Virus record (IMG/VR): IMGVR_UViG_3300028048_003162
Strand: one strand, 5' to 3'
DNA length: 57,812 nt
DNA from: an uncultured virus (IMG/VR IMGVR_UViG_3300028048_003162)
Lineage: Duplodnaviria > Heunggongvirae > Uroviricota > Caudoviricetes
Within the stretch, counting starts at the first letter, position 1. Each line of letters starts with the position of its first letter. Shown one piece after another: positions 57,048 to 57,812 of the stretch. A model generated the notes under the pieces. That model worked only from the letters and a program-made list of their open reading frames with translations, did no database searches and was not told the origin of the DNA. The position numbers and the translations under genes are program-made.

Positions 57048-57812
57048 ATGACAAAGCCTGACATGATAAAAGAACTTAAGGTTTATGGTGCTGATGATAA
57101 AAGCATCAAGATCATTTTAAGACGTGGAGAACCTACATATAAGTTTAACGTTGGGGACATGGTTAAGCATGGTGGGTTTGCAGAGACAGTAGTGAAGGAC
57201 CAGTTATGTAATGGAATGGCTTACATTGTAGAATGTAAGACAGATAAGGGAGAAAGGGTAGAGCATCTGGTTCCTTGGACAGAAGTAAGAAAATTAGAGA
57301 GAAGCAGTGAAATTATCTCAACTAACAATGATGTTGATTTACTGTTTCACCCTAAGGACTTAACAGAACTTATTGGAACTTACTACTACAGTTTTGGTAT
57401 TGATACTGATCCTGAATATCAGAGAGGTTACGTGTGGAACGAGGCAGATAGAGAAGAGCTGATGGACAGTGTGTTCAAGTCAATTGACATTGGTAAAATA
57501 GTGCTGGTAGACAAGGAACACGCAGGAGATACAGATGATTGGTATGAGATCCTGGATGGTAAGCAGCGGCTTTTAACACTTGTTGCATACTTTGAAGATA
57601 GATTCCCTTATAAAGGCTTGTACTACAGTGATCTTTGTAGGGAGGACAAGAGAAAGTTCGACAATACAAGTGTTTCAGTGGCAATTGTCAGAAACGCTAG
57701 TAAAGAATTGATATACAGATTGTTTATCATGCTCAACACGGCAGGAAAGTCAATGAGCAGCGAGGACATGGATAGAGCATTGAAACTTTACAAAGAAAGC
57801 ATTGAGAAATAG
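57048..57812 (+). CDS. DUF262 (ParB-like/GmrS-type) domain protein
   Basis: PEYQRGYVW, LMDS, EILDGKQRL, LFIMLNTAG. Confidence 0.85.
   Translation: MTKPDMIKELKVYGADDKSIKIILRRGEPTYKFNVGDMVKHGGFAETVVKDQLCNGMAYIVECKTDKGERVEHLVPWTEVRKLERSSEIISTNNDVDLLFHPKDLTELIGTYYYSFGIDTDPEYQRGYVWNEADREELMDSVFKSIDIGKIVLVDKEHAGDTDDWYEILDGKQRLLTLVAYFEDRFPYKGLYYSDLCREDKRKFDNTSVSVAIVRNASKELIYRLFIMLNTAGKSMSSEDMDRALKLYKESIEK

Noticed and set aside
757..57684. All minus-strand ORFs and short alternative-frame plus-strand ORFs in the track
   Set aside because: They are shadows of longer motif-bearing + strand genes or lie over RNA genes; no RBS or recognisable motifs
1..57812. Stop-codon reassignment (alternative genetic code)
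   Set aside because: Known families (SmpB, IF3, Clp, Sir2) are full length in code 11 and end at TAG, TAA or TGA; no suppressor tRNA found

Overview
AT-rich window in which essentially all of about 65 credible CDSs and all RNA genes lie on the + strand. Canonical sigma-A promoters (TTGACA-N17-TATAAT) and strong GGAGG RBSs point to a Firmicutes, probably clostridial/Lachnospiraceae-like, host (inference). There are no rRNAs, no core operon synteny, and no recognisable capsid, terminase or integrase, so this reads as part of a large extrachromosomal element (jumbo phage or megaplasmid). It carries its own translation and quality-control kit (IF3, SmpB, tmRNA, S1-domain protein, Clp ATPase, 10 tRNAs plus 1 degenerate tRNA), cell-wall enzymes, NAD and RNA-repair accessory genes, and several catalytically degenerate copies of host enzymes. 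The four best candidates for new biology are: (1) five nearby proteins sharing a tandem DUF3892-like N-terminal module, one of them fused to a HExxH peptidase-vWA protein next to a MoxR ATPase; (2) a ~690-nt GC-richer, densely base-paired non-coding RNA between tRNA-Gln and tmRNA (ROOL/GOLLD-class candidate); (3) a split NAD-ligase homolog lacking its catalytic lysine and flanking a ParB-HNH gene; (4) a 21-22-bp-periodic GATGC array. All family calls come from motif recognition by eye, not database searches. Some CDS starts were moved from the ORF track to the start codon best placed after an RBS.
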